NCBI GenBank assembly: GCA_973895155.1
Contig: OZ316893.1
Coordinates: 16,336,645 to 16,400,644 of the forward strand
DNA from: Marsupella aquatica
Lineage: Eukaryota > Plantae > Marchantiophyta
Direction of reading: 5' to 3'
DNA length: 64,000 nucleotides
How positions within the stretch are numbered: the stretch's first letter is position 1; each line of letters opens with the position of its first letter. Below the pieces are notes generated by a model. That model searched no databases and was not told the DNA's origin. It was given only the letters and a program-made list of their open reading frames with translations. Shown piece by piece: positions 1-11,825 of this stretch. Both the position numbers and the translations under genes were made by a program.

Positions 1-209
1 AGGCTCATTGTTATGGAGCCACTTGAGAGATAGGGAGAGCTTACACTGTGGAGACTCGGTATAGCCGACGGGCTTAGAGTTCAGTAAAGCTCTCTTGTGT
101 GTTCCCGTGGACGTAGCCTCAAGGAGGTGAACCACGTATCTCTTGTGTCGACTATTGTGCGTTGGATGGTTCATGGGCTTGCCGTTGCGATCGTCGTCTA
201 TGCTCAACA
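1..209 (+). repeat. Copia 5' LTR (3' part)
   Basis: Ends ...TGCTCAACA just before the PBS; direct repeat of 6130-6338. Confidence 0.95.
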
Positions 210-211
210 AT

Positions 212-223
212 TGGTATCAGAGC
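212..223 (+). promoter_or_regulatory. Primer-binding site (tRNA-iMet type)
   Basis: TGGTATCAGAGC 2 nt after the LTR end, the canonical plant copia PBS. Confidence 0.95.
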
Positions 224-1367
224 ATGCTTGGGAGGTGACGTGTGTTCGTGACGGGATTTCATGACGGTTTTTCCAGCGTTGAGTGTTGGTGGATTTTCCA
301 GAGTTCCATCGCATGGAACTTGGAGTTTATGGGCTCAACGGATAGATCAGGGCAAGAGCTTTCTAACGGTGTGAAGAAATCGTTGAACGGAGCTCGTGGT
401 GCAGAGAGATCTAAGTTTTCGTCGTTCTGGATTTTGTGAAGAAAGTTGGCAATCGACTCGGAGGGAGAAGCGTCAAGTGTTTTGACTCAACGGAGAGATT
501 GAGGCAAGACGATTGTTTTTGAGTCCGGGATTGGCTCTTTGATGCAAAGAGGAAGGCTAAGCAAAATCAATTACCTTGTTGGACTTGGTGACGGCACCAA
601 GTGCAATTGATCAACATTCGTTGTTGACAAGGTACCATTTTTTTCTCTTTGAAAAACTGATTCGAAATTGGCTATGGCAATTGAGAGAAATCTGTCATCT
701 TTACCAATTTTTTTCTCCCTCGTTCTTTCCTCGTTTTGAGTGCTTCTTATATCGATCTTCATTGCCTCGGAGTCTAGTTTCCAAATCTGAAATCGGATCT
801 TGATTTCGTCAAAACCCGAGTGAGATATCTTGCGTTTGGTGTCGAGGGGTACATTCTGCCGTGTGTATTTTCTGCGCGCGCGACCAGATTTCGACGACGA
901 AGGGTGGTAGGGGGTTTTGGGGGTTCGAGGACACATGTCAGCCCCTCGATTGTTCTTCCAAAATTCCCACAGGGCCTGTACAAGGGTCATAGAATATTCC
1001 AAAAAACCAGAGAGCTATTTTTTTACCGTCCGACAAAGATTTCATCCGCCGAACGGTAACTTTTTTGGTTATTTTTCGGCGAGGTCGTAGCCATTGAAGT
1101 TGGCAATGCAGCGCACCAATCACATCGCAATTCCGACAACGGGTTGTACTTGGTATTTCGGTTATTCCCTGAGGTGGTCAAAACGGGGGAGTTTCCCAAG
1201 GTTTTACCCACCTCGACCGAAATTTGAATAACTTTTCCGTCAAATTTCGATTTTGATTTCGGTTTTCAGTATTGGACTCCTAGCTTTGTAGGCTACGCGG
1301 CGGTGTTGAGTTTTGAGTTTTTTGAGAAGTTGTGAAAAACAACATTTTTTGTGACTTTCTCATATGA

Positions 1368-4300
1368 GTGATTCGGAGGAGTTTTTTCGAAGACGTGGAA
1401 CTTGAAGCACGAGGATCACCGCGGAGGTTTCAGGGGCAGAGAGAGGAGCAGGAGGAAGAGCACGTGACACCGATACCATCACCGGTGCGGCGTGTGGTGG
1501 AGGAAGCAGTACTACTACCGGAGCTCACGGTAAAGAAGAAGATGGGGACTTTCAAGCTTGGGGGACCCAAGTATGAAGTGACAAAGTATGATGGGCGCTC
1601 TGACTACTTGCTATGGGAGAAGCAAGTGAAGGGAGTGCTTTATGCGTCAGGGATGGGCCAACTGCTGAGCCCTCGTGAAGACGATGTTGATGAGAAACAA
1701 TGGGACCGCATGCAGGAGCAGGGAGTGTGGTGTGTTACACTCTATCTCATGCCTCCCATCATCAAGCAGTTAGGTGCACATAAGGATTGCATGTCCTTGT
1801 TTGCGGAATTGCAGAGCAAGTATCACCGCAAGGAGTTGTCGAACCGGCTCTACACTTCCTACAAACTGATGAGTTTCAGGATGAAGGAATCTGGTACGAA
1901 GTTGCAAGACCATGTGGATGCTTTCAACGACATGGTCGTTGACTTGGAAAACCTTGGGGAGACTTTGAATGATGAGACGAAGGCTCTGCAGCTTCTTAGT
2001 TCATTGCCTCCATCTTACCAGTCTCTATCACGAGTGTTGTTGCATCGTGATAGGGATACCATTTCATACAATGACGTGGTAAGTTCTCTGCTTAGTGATG
2101 ATCTTCAGCAGAAGATGCACATCACGTCACAGCCTTCATCATCTGGTGCTGCCCTCAATGTTAACCGTGGGAGGAGTATGCAGCGACCAACTGGGGACCG
2201 TAGAACCCAGTTTAGATCTAAATCCAGATCTAAGTCCAAGGGTAAATCCCCTCAGAGGAGGCAGGTGACATGTTGGAAGTGCAACCAAGTTGGACACTTC
2301 AAGCGAGACTGTAAGGGAAAGGCAGCGGAAACTTCATCGGCAAATGTGGCTAGGGCTGATGGAGAAGCTGATTTACTCAATGATGAGTATGTTTTATGAA
2401 GCCGGGGGTATGCCCTGTGCACGTCATCTAGGAGAGCAGATGATGTGTGGATTCTTGATTGTGCTTGCTCTTTTCATATTTGTTACATTCGTGAGTTTTT
2501 CAGTTCTTACTCTGTTTCAAACGGTTCAGTTCTGATGGGAAATGATCACTCCTGTCAAATTGAGGGAATTGGGTCTGTGAAGATTCAAATGTTTGATGGC
2601 GCTGTGCGCATAGTGTCCGGAGTCAGGTATGTACCTGGCATGCGTAAGAATCTGATTTCACTCGGTGTGTTGGATTCAAATGGTCATCAATGGAGCGTTA
2701 TTGATGGTGAACTTCAAGTCAGGTCGGGAGAGACAGTGATTTTGAAGGGGAGTAGATAAAAGAATTTGTATGTGTTACAGGGCAATACTGTATGTGGAGA
2801 GGCCAATGTAACCAAGTCTCACGAGGAGATGACTCAACTGTGGCATTCACGGCTAGGCCACATGAGTGAGAAGGGTTTGGCTATCTTACGGAAGAATGAA
2901 CTCATTTCTGATTTGCAATCTTGTAAATTAGAGTTTTGTGAGCATTGCATTCTTGGAAAGCAGCATCGTCGTGCTTTTGGTGTTGGAACTCATCGTTCCA
3001 AAGCGGTTCTTGAGTACATACATAGTGACGTGTGGGGTCCATCCCCGACTCCCTCACACTCTGGAAAGTTGTACTATGTATCATTTATTGATGATTACTC
3101 AAGATTTGTGTGGATTTATTTCATGACGCATAAGTCTGATGTCTTGTCCATTTTTAAGAAGTGGAAGGCCCAGGTGGAGAATCAGACTGGAAACACGATC
3201 AAGTGTTTGGATACAAGGGTGAAGAGTCTGAGGTCAGACAACGGCGGGGAGTACACTTCAATGGAATTTGAAGAGTACTGTTCAGAACAGGGGATAACTC
3301 GCCATCTCACCACAGTTTATACTCCGCAGCAGAATGGTGTCGCTGAGAGGCTCAATCGGACACTGTTGGAGCGGTCACGGAGTATGTTGAGCCAATCAGG
3401 TTTACCACAAGAATTTTGGGCAGAAGCTGTCAATACCGCAGCTTATTTGGTAAATCTTTCTCCTTCTAGTGCTATCAATTTCAAAACGCCGTTTGAGATG
3501 CGCTATAAGCGGCAAGCAGACTATCATGGCTTGGTAATTTTTGGAAGTGATGCATATGCTCTCACACCAAAGCAGAATAGGACCAAGTTGGATCCTACCT
3601 CCAGGAAATGTGTTTTTCTTGGGTACCAGAGTGGTGTGAAAGCCTATAGGCTATGGGATCCTATTGCCTGTAAGCTCGTTGTCAGTAGGGATGTTTCCTT
3701 CAATGAATCCAGATTATTGAAGGAGGGGGAGAATACTCAGGTCTCCCGTACTGACAAAGGAAAATCTCCTATCCCGGATCTCGTTGAGGGGGAGATTGGT
3801 TATGAGATGCATGACCGGAGAGAAGGAGTTGCTCCAATTATGGAGCTGGTTCCTATGCCAGAGGAACCAGAGGAGTTTGTTGATGCTGGTGAGCAACAAG
3901 TGGATGCTGTTGAGCTTCAAATTGTACCAGCACACGCAGATCAACCGGAGTCATCGACTAGAAGAACATCTGGTCGCACTGTACACGCTCCATCAAGGTA
4001 TGGACAGTGGGTTGATTCATCTCAACTACAAGAGGATGATTTTACAGTTGATGATGAGGGTGATGCGTTAATTTTGGAAGAAGGAGAACCTTCTTCATTT
4101 CATGAGGCAAGTGCTTCAAAAGAGAAGCAGAAGTGGACTGCAGCAATGCAAACGGAGATGCAGTCACTAAAGGACAACAAAACTTGGGAGCTTGTTAAGC
4201 TGCCTAAGGGTCAGCAAGTGGTGGACAGCAAGTGGATTTACAAGCTGAAGGATAATTCCATAGGAGGTGGATCGAAGGTCTACAAGGCTAGATTGGTAGC

Positions 4301-5672
4301 AAAGGGATTCACACAAGAGAAAGGTGTGGATTACAATGAGGTCTTCTCACCAGTTGCTAAGTACTCTACAATACGACTATTGTGTGTACTTGTTGTAATG
4401 TTTGGTCTGCTCCTAGATCAGATGGATGTTGTCACAGCTTTCCTCTATGGCACATTGGAAGAGGTGATCTTCATGAGACAACCGCTAGGTTTTGTGAAGA
4501 GAGGACAGGAGGAATTGGTTTGCAGATTGCTGAAATCCTTGTATGGGTTGAAGCAGTCACCAAGACAGTGGAACAAGCGGTTTGACGATTGGATTCGGTC
4601 ACAAGGTTTTCACAGAAGTGTATTTGACCCTTGTGTGTATTTGAAACCGGTGAAGAATGTTGTCTTTGGGTTCATTGTTTTAGTACTTTATGTGGATGAC
4701 ATGCTAATTGCAGCCAAGGATAGGTCTGAGATTGTTAAGCTCAAGGCACTGCTTAGTGCAGAGTTTAAGATGAAGGACTTAGGGCCAGCTAAGAGGATTT
4801 TGGGTATGGAGATCACTAGGGACTTGGAGGCTGGCAAGCTATGGTTGACGCAGAGCAGTTATGCGAGGAAGGTAATTGCAAGGTTCAACATGGAGAATAG
4901 CAAGCCAGTAAGTACCCCGTTGGCTCCACACTTCAAGTTATCATCAGCGTTCTGTCCTACGGATGACACAGAGAAGGGGTTGATGTCAAAGGTTCCATAT
5001 GACAAGGCAGTGGGGAGTCTCATGTATTTGATGACTTGCACTAGACCTGATCTTGCCATGGCTATGGGCAAGGTGAGCAGGTACATGTCGAATCCAGGGA
5101 AGGTACACTGGGAAGCAGTGAAGTGGATTATCAGGTACTTGAAGGGTACCGTGGATCATGGTCTTTTATTTGATGCGAATGCAAAGAATGCTAGATCATT
5201 GATTGGCTATGTAGATTCTGACTATGGACAAGATTTGGACCGAAGGAGATCAACAACAGGATACGTGTTCACACTTGGCGGTGGATGCATAAGTTGGAGG
5301 TCTACTTTGCAGAAGTGTATTGCTCAGTCTACTACAGAAGCGGAGTATGTTGCAGCTGCGGAAGCAGCAAAGGAAGCGATTTGGTTGGATAGACTTATCA
5401 CTGAAATGGGATTGCCACAGGGGAATGTGAAGCTCCATTGTGATAGTCAAAGTGCGCTCCACCTTGCTGTGAACCAGGTGATGGACAGTAGAGTGAAGCA
5501 CATTGACGTCAGGTACCATTTTATCAGGCAGGCTGTGTCTGATAATTTGTTTGAGCTAGTCAAGATTGATGGTAAACTCAACCCGGCTGACGCATTTACC
5601 AAAGTGATTCCTTTGGAGAGTTTCTCTAGACACCGTGACGTATTGCAGGTTTTGCAATTGCATCACAAGTAG
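1368..5672 (+). pseudogene. Copia gag-pol polyprotein, single frame with two in-frame stops (TGA 2397-2399, TAA 2757-2759)
   Basis: ORFs 1368-2399, 2445-2759 and 2766-5672 share one frame. Motifs: gag CCHC (CWKCNQVGHFKRDC), protease (WILDCACSFH), pre-integrase (LWHSRLGH), integrase (SDNGGEY, QQNGVAER), RT (YVDDML), RNase H (DSD...TEAEY...DSQSA). Confidence 0.95.
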
Positions 5673-5852
5673 AGTTTTCTTAAACATTCATTGTAATTAC
5701 TGATATATGCTCTTCCTCATTCCTATGTATTAGGCTACGGCTTAGTTCTGGTTTGCTCTAGTTAGAGAGGGAAACCGGTTTGGTTTCTGTCCAGAACTTC
5801 CCGCTGAGGGATCATATACATTGGCAGTATTACTCTCCCCTAGACCAGAGTC

Positions 5853-5862
5853 AAGGGGAAGA
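5853..5862 (+). promoter_or_regulatory. Polypurine tract
   Basis: AAGGGGAAGA just upstream of the TG that starts the 3' LTR. Confidence 0.85.
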
Positions 5863-5863
5863 T

Positions 5864-6338
5864 TGTTGGGTATTTACTCTTACGTCTAGGTTAGGTATGA
5901 TGTGGTTGGTACAACAACGTGGGTTGGTACAACTACGTGGTTAGGTACAACTATGTGATTAGGTACAACTATGTGGTTAGGTACAACTACGTGATTAGGT
6001 ACAACTATGTGGTTAGGTACAACTACGTGATTAGGTACAACTATGTGGTTAGGTACAACTATGTGGTTAGGTACAACTAAGTTGCACACTATATCATAAG
6101 AGGCATGTGTGCTTGGAGAGGTAGAACCAAGGCTCATTGTTATGGAGCCACTTGAGAGATAGGGAGAGCTTACACTGTGGAGACTCGGTATAGCCGACGG
6201 GCTTAGAGTTCAGTAAAGCTCTCTTGTGTGTTCCCATGGACGTAGCCTCAAGGAGGTGAACCACGTATCTCTTGTGTCGACTATTGTGCGTTGGATGGTT
6301 CATGGGCTTGCCGTTGCGATCGTCATCTATGCTCAACA
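5864..6338 (+). repeat. Copia 3' LTR (475 bp)
   Basis: TGTTG...CAACA termini; its last 209 bp match the 5' LTR. Confidence 0.95.
5901..6079 (+). repeat. 18-bp tandem repeat (~10 copies) in the copia LTR
   Basis: Unit GTG(G/A)TTAGGTACAACTA(T/C) repeated head to tail. Confidence 0.95.
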
Positions 6339-9300
6339 GCAAAGTATATAGGATGGTCCCTTCCTTTCTCATCCAACTGACTTAGTACTGAGCCGATACA
6401 AAAGCCTGAGACATCTACAAAGACATGAAAATCCTTGTTCCAATCTGGTGCTATCATGACTAGGGCCTTCACTAACATTTGCTTTAATCCCACCACTGCT
6501 GTTACTCACTCTGGTGTGGGTTTGAAGTCTACGCCTGCCTTGAGCATGTTGGTTAATGGTAAAGCTAGCTTGGCAAAATCCTTGATGAACCGGCGATAAT
6601 AGCCAATGCACCCCAAGAAGGATCTTACATCCTTTATGCTCTTAGGTTGCATAATATCTAGCCACACTGCTAGCTTACCCTTGTCAATCTCAATGCCCTT
6701 CTTAGATACTTTGTGACCTAGTAGTACACCTTCTATAACTCCAAAGAAACATTTATCTAGGTGTAACTTGAGACCTACCTCTCTGCATCTCATGAAGGTC
6801 TTCCTGAGGTATTTAGCATGTTTTGATGCCTTCCCAAACATTGCAAAGTCATCAAAGAAGATTTCCATGAACTTTCTCAAGTACTCGTGAAAAATGTTCA
6901 CCATCAATCTTTGGAACATAGCTGGTGCGTTACAGAGTCCAAACGGCATACGATTGAAGACATAGATCCCCCATTCCTTGATGAAGGCTGTCTTGATTTG
7001 GTCCTCCTGCCTAATCTTGATTTGGTTATAACCAGAGTATCCATCCATGAATGAGTATAGTTCATGACTGGCTACCATGTCTAGTACCTATCAGTAAAGG
7101 GTAAAGGAAAATGATCTTTCAACGTAGCCTCATTTAACTTCCTGTAATCCTGACAAACCCGGATCTTGGGTTTATCATCGGGTCCAGCTTTCTTGGGAAC
7201 TATCACAATTGGAGACACCCAATCTGAGTGTAGGACTGGAGTGATGAATCCGGCTTCCACTAGCTTGTCAATTTCAGCTTTGACCATCAGGGAATACTTA
7301 GGGTTCATCCTTTGAATTGGTTGTTGAAACAATTTGGCCCCTAACATTAGATCAATTCGGTGTTCTCCTAATTTTGGGTCTACTCCCTTCAGGTCTTGGT
7401 GGCTCTATGCAAACACATCCTGAAATTCAATTAGTAATTCACTGATCTCCTTCTCAAGCTCAGGGGCTAGGTCCTGACCTAAGTTCAGTTCCCTTCCTTC
7501 TCCTAAGTCAAGCTTCTGGTATTGCCATGCTTGGATCATATTAATCTGCTTCTTCAAATTCAGGTCCAGCTCGGCTTCCAGCCTCTCCAGTCTCATCCCT
7601 CCATAGGCTGGAATCTTGGCTGTACTAGCCGAGTCGGTTGACTTGATTTCTCCCTTGTTATCCACAGACTATTCCTTTGCCGGTCTATTCGGTTTGAATT
7701 GGTGATGGGCTTCCCTTCCTGACTTGGCTCTGGCTTGGTTTTGTGCATCTCATCTATTCTTGCTTCCTGAGGGTCTGGCCGTTGTGCTCTTCCGGCTTCT
7801 AGTAGGGCCTCAATTTGTTTTGCCCTCGTGACCGGCTTGTAAGCCGATCCCTTGGTATTTAATTTGTTGCCGATGATAAACGATGTTGTGGATCCTGCCG
7901 GCTCTGCCTCAACGCCTGAGGAAAATCCACTGTCTCTAGTGCAGCTCCCCACTTAGCCGTTTCATCCCACTGGTCCACCTCTTGTACTTCCTTTGGAATT
8001 GAAGCTAAAAAGGTGGACTCTATGGCAAAGCAGTCCTCAATTTCTTCTTCACATTCCTCCAAGTCACTCTCCATAGGTTCTTGCCATAGTCCACTGGGGG
8101 ATACTTTTGGTCCAAAGACACTTTCTACGATTAGGTCAGTGAGGCATTCTAGCCAACGTACCTCATCGACTGACTCCAGTCCACTGTCGTACCCGTCTAC
8201 CTCCCTGATGCTTCTCCTATGGTCATCCTTGGTGTCCTAGGATACCGTGGTAGAGGGGGTCCCAAAAGTGAACTCCTTCTTTCCCCAATCCTCTATTACC
8301 TTGGCTAGGTACAGCCATGGCCTGCCAATCAATAGTCGGAACAACGTAGGGTTTACCGGCTTCATTACTACATAGTTAATGCTAAAGAAGATACCTCCTA
8401 TCTAAGTCTTGATGTCGGTTAACACTCCCGTGGGAATGACCTGATACCCATTGGCCATGTTCAACACTCTTCCAGTCATCTCCGGCGTTAGATCCCACCC
8501 TTTTGCTGTTGAATCAATCATAATACATACCCCTGATCCTCCATCGATGGGTACCCGTAGTGATATTTCTCCTTGAATCATTAATGGTAATGCTGGGGCT
8601 CCTTGATCTTCTTCTATCATTAGCACGTCAGATCTGGTTGCTACCTTGGGTAATCTTGGCTTGCCAAGAATCGCCTTCCTTAACTGTTTCTGAAAGTACG
8701 GGCTATTTTTCAACAGTTGACCTACTATTGCCGAGACTCTAGATTCTAGTACATCTTTAGCCAGGTCATAGGGGACTATCGGCTTCTCTTCTGGCGGTGT
8801 CTCCATCTTAGTTTTGGCTTGTTTCACGTTAGTTTCCACAGGCGTTGGATTTTCAGAAGCAAACAATGCTTTTGATCGTTTCACGTCCTTGGCTATGGCT
8901 TCAGTATTCTCCAAGGTTTCTAATTCTCGAAGTTGTTCCTTAACACTAGCCGTAATAGAGGGGTAGAACAACTTAGGGTGGTCTCGATTGAAGTCGTTGT
9001 TCTATGAAGGATTGGGGTCACTGGTGAGCTCATGGCTTACCTGTGTTGCCGGCGCCTTTCCTTCCGTTGATGTTGACGAAGAGTCAATTCTTTCTTCCTT
9101 AACCTTCCCTTTATTTTTGGCCAGCCCATCCCACCTTTCCTTCCTTCTGGTGGATCGAGTAGAGACCCAATAGCAATCATGATCCAAATCCTCTTATGAG
9201 AATGTTGATAGGGCCTCGGCCTCATCATCAGATGGTCCAAACTCTGCCTCAGCATCCGTTTGCCATCCGAGTTTGATGTGGTTGATTTGAACTCCTCCTG

Positions 9301-10839
9301 GGGTAGTACCTGGCGGCAAGACCTTGACCGGCAAGAGCTTATGATTTGCGGCCAGTCCTGCCAACCAAGTAGGACATTGTCCTAGCATGTGACCCTCCTG
9401 TTGGCATCCCATACATAGTTGAGCTGGTTGTCCATCACCTTGTTTCCGTGCATTCGAGCATTCTCTAGCAAAATGGCCAGGTTGATCGCAATTATAGCAT
9501 GCCGCAAATCTCTGCACATTCGGCCTAGGAGGTACTGACGGATTCTGAATAATCCGAGGATACATCTCTCCCGGATTGTTCCTTAATCTTGACCACAGAG
9601 ATGCAGGTCGGTTGGATAGGTCTCGTGCTCCAGTCTCACTAATGCCCAAAACACTATCAGCGACATCCCCTAGAAAGTACTCTACTTCTCCTTGACATGG
9701 TCTAACCTCAGCTACATGCCGAACATGACTAGTATTAAGTTTAGGACATGCATCTTTATGGTGTCCGGTTTTATAGCATAAGGCACACCATACAGAGCTA
9801 TCCTCTACTATTACTTTCTTCTTCGGCTTTACCTCTGCTATTATAGCTTTAAGTTGCTCGGTAAGAGCTACGATGTTATCTTGAGTTTTAGCCTCTAGCT
9901 TGACTTTCAACTTCCCCCTCCTTCTGCCCTTCTTTTTCCTAGATTCTTCTTCTTCAGAACTAGAATGACTCACTCTTGCTACTTCCACTATCCGAGCTTG
10001 AGTTATCACTTCTTGACTTCTTAGAATGTTTCTTTTTCTTATCTTTTTTCTTATGGGTTGATCCTTCCTCCAATGAGGAACTCTCAGACTTGAGCTGTTT
10101 CTTCCGGCTTGTGATATCTACATTAATGTACAATTGAATATCTATAATTGCCTCGGCTAAAGTCTCTGGGTTCTCCTTCCTAATTGCAAAACTCATCTTC
10201 TGTGGCAAAGCATTCACCAACCATTGAAGTTGCATACCTTCAAATGCATTGGTCTTTGTACGTCTTACCAACTTTTGGAAGCGTTGCAAGAACTTCCTGA
10301 AGGATTTGTTCTCCTTGAACCGAAGTTGTCCCAACTTCAGCACTGCTAGCTCTGAGGTTCCAATGGGTCAAAACTCCTTAAAATAGTGATTTGAAGGTAT
10401 GCCACATGGCTTGATCTTCCACATCCAATGCTCTGTACCAAGGCCTAGCCTCACCCTTGAACAGGCCGGGAAGAATTTGCATCTTGATGGCTGATTCTCC
10501 ATTTGCTGCAGCGGTTCCCTCGAAGTCATCCAACCATTCATCCGGATCCTCATCTCCTCTTCCATGAAATGCCTTATAATGAATGCACGACCGTTGGCTT
10601 AGTCTGGTTCCTGGCCTCTCGTCTGGTTATGCCTCTGGTTCCCCCATGTCGGTTGGGGACTTACTTCTCCTTACCAACTCTTCTTCTGATGGTTCTTCTT
10701 TGACGCCACTTTCAATTATGGAGCTACTAGCTCTTTCTTCCCCTCTCAGTCGCTGTGTATCATGCCACCCGACAAGCTGCTGCAGACGAGCTCTCTCCCG
10801 TTGAATCGCTCTTTCCTCCCTCGGCGTAGGTTTAGTCAT
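6339..10839 (-). pseudogene. Degenerate gypsy gag-pol (gag, zinc knuckles, aspartic protease, RT), many stops and frameshifts
   Basis: CCHC knuckles CALCYKTGHHKDAC, CYNCDQPGHFAREC and CMGCQQEGHMLGQC. Protease PIDGGSGV. RT motifs WVSPIVIVPKK, CQDYRKLN, MDGYSGYNQI, MPFGLCNAP, FFDDF, SFLGCIGYYRRFIKDF. Confidence 0.93.
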
Positions 10840-10888
10840 TACCTACGCTTCCTTCCTAACTTCATATCCCACGGCTTAAGAAATGCCA

Positions 10889-10904
10889 CCTCCATCTAGC
10901 GCCA
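10889..10904 (-). promoter_or_regulatory. Gypsy primer-binding site
   Basis: Minus-strand TGGCGCTAGATGGAGG 4 nt after the LTR end CACA; resembles Tat-type PBS. Confidence 0.8.
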
Positions 10905-11825
10905 AAAATGTGGTGCGTCCCATGGCTCCCTAACCCAAGAAACCCCCCTGCACAAGCCGATTCCTGCAGGTTTTGCTCTTGGCGAGGCCGGTTTTGCGGC
11001 TTAGCGACATGGGACGCTGCTAACTCTCTTCTACTAACATTTTATACACATATACTGGACAGATCCTTCATCGGGTCATGAGATATGTAGCCGGCCTATT
11101 CTATGCCTTCCCTTGTCTTCCTCTCCTTCTCTTCATTAGGTATGTTTGGATTCCGCCGCTAGAATGATCCCCAACTAGCTTGGGTTAGCCGCTAAGACCT
11201 CTCTCAGCTCGACACATCCAACTCTTACTACCTTGCTTACTTCGTTCTCTCTTGGTTGATGTGGGCAATCTTCAAACAAGTTAATGCAACACACAAATAG
11301 CAAAATGACTCCTTCTGACTGAGTTATACCATGCACTTGCCATACAAACAGTACTTCTCATACACAAGATCTACGAACTAAGCCGTGAGGCCAACTCTAT
11401 TCAGCTCTTAGGCATGAGAAAACATGAATATACACAAGGGGCACTGTATAACTAACCAAGAGATTCTTTTACTACTTGATCCCAGTCCTGCTGGTGCACT
11501 AAAAACTTGCTAAAGAAGAAGGCCCTCAACTCACCACTGCCTAGGTACTTATCCTGGCAGTGGATCCACCTAATTCCTTGCAGCGTAAGCCTAATCTATC
11601 CTAACTGTAATCTACCTATGTACAGCGAGGCAGGAGCACAAGTGTTGCTCTTACCAATGGATCCGCAATCCCACTAATCTAAGTGTTAGGGCCGCCTCTT
11701 GGTCCTGATCCTAATTCTAAACTTGGAGATCTGAGCCCGCCCTGCCCACTCACGCCTCCTTCCTCCACGTCCGCCCTCCTTAAAAGGAGCGGCCCTCCAT
11801 AAAAGTTGCGGCCCTCCACCACCAT

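Larger units (their letters stand above)
1..6338 (+). mobile_element. Ty1/copia LTR retrotransposon, near full length (5' LTR truncated by window edge)
   Basis: 1-209 matches 6130-6338 with 2 differences. PBS at 212-223, PPT at 5853-5862, 3' LTR TG...CA at 5864-6338. Domain order is gag-PR-INT-RT-RH. Confidence 0.97.

Noticed and set aside
242-1211. Short ORFs in the copia 5' leader, and the many antisense ORFs over TE genes elsewhere
   Set aside because: They have no motifs and are shadows of real frames or chance ORFs starting at alternative codons.
2397-2399. Programmed stop-codon readthrough between copia gag and pol
   Set aside because: There is no CARYYA-type readthrough context and a second stop follows at 2757. 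Simple C-to-T decay explains both; sister copies would be needed to revisit this.
5901-6079. CRISPR-like array
   Set aside because: The repeats are head to tail with no unique spacers, inside an LTR in eukaryotic DNA. The MULE palindromes are irregularly spaced and also not CRISPR.
5886-6137. ORF of VVPNH(I/V) repeats
   Set aside because: It is the antisense translation of the 18-bp LTR tandem repeat, with no sign of being a gene.
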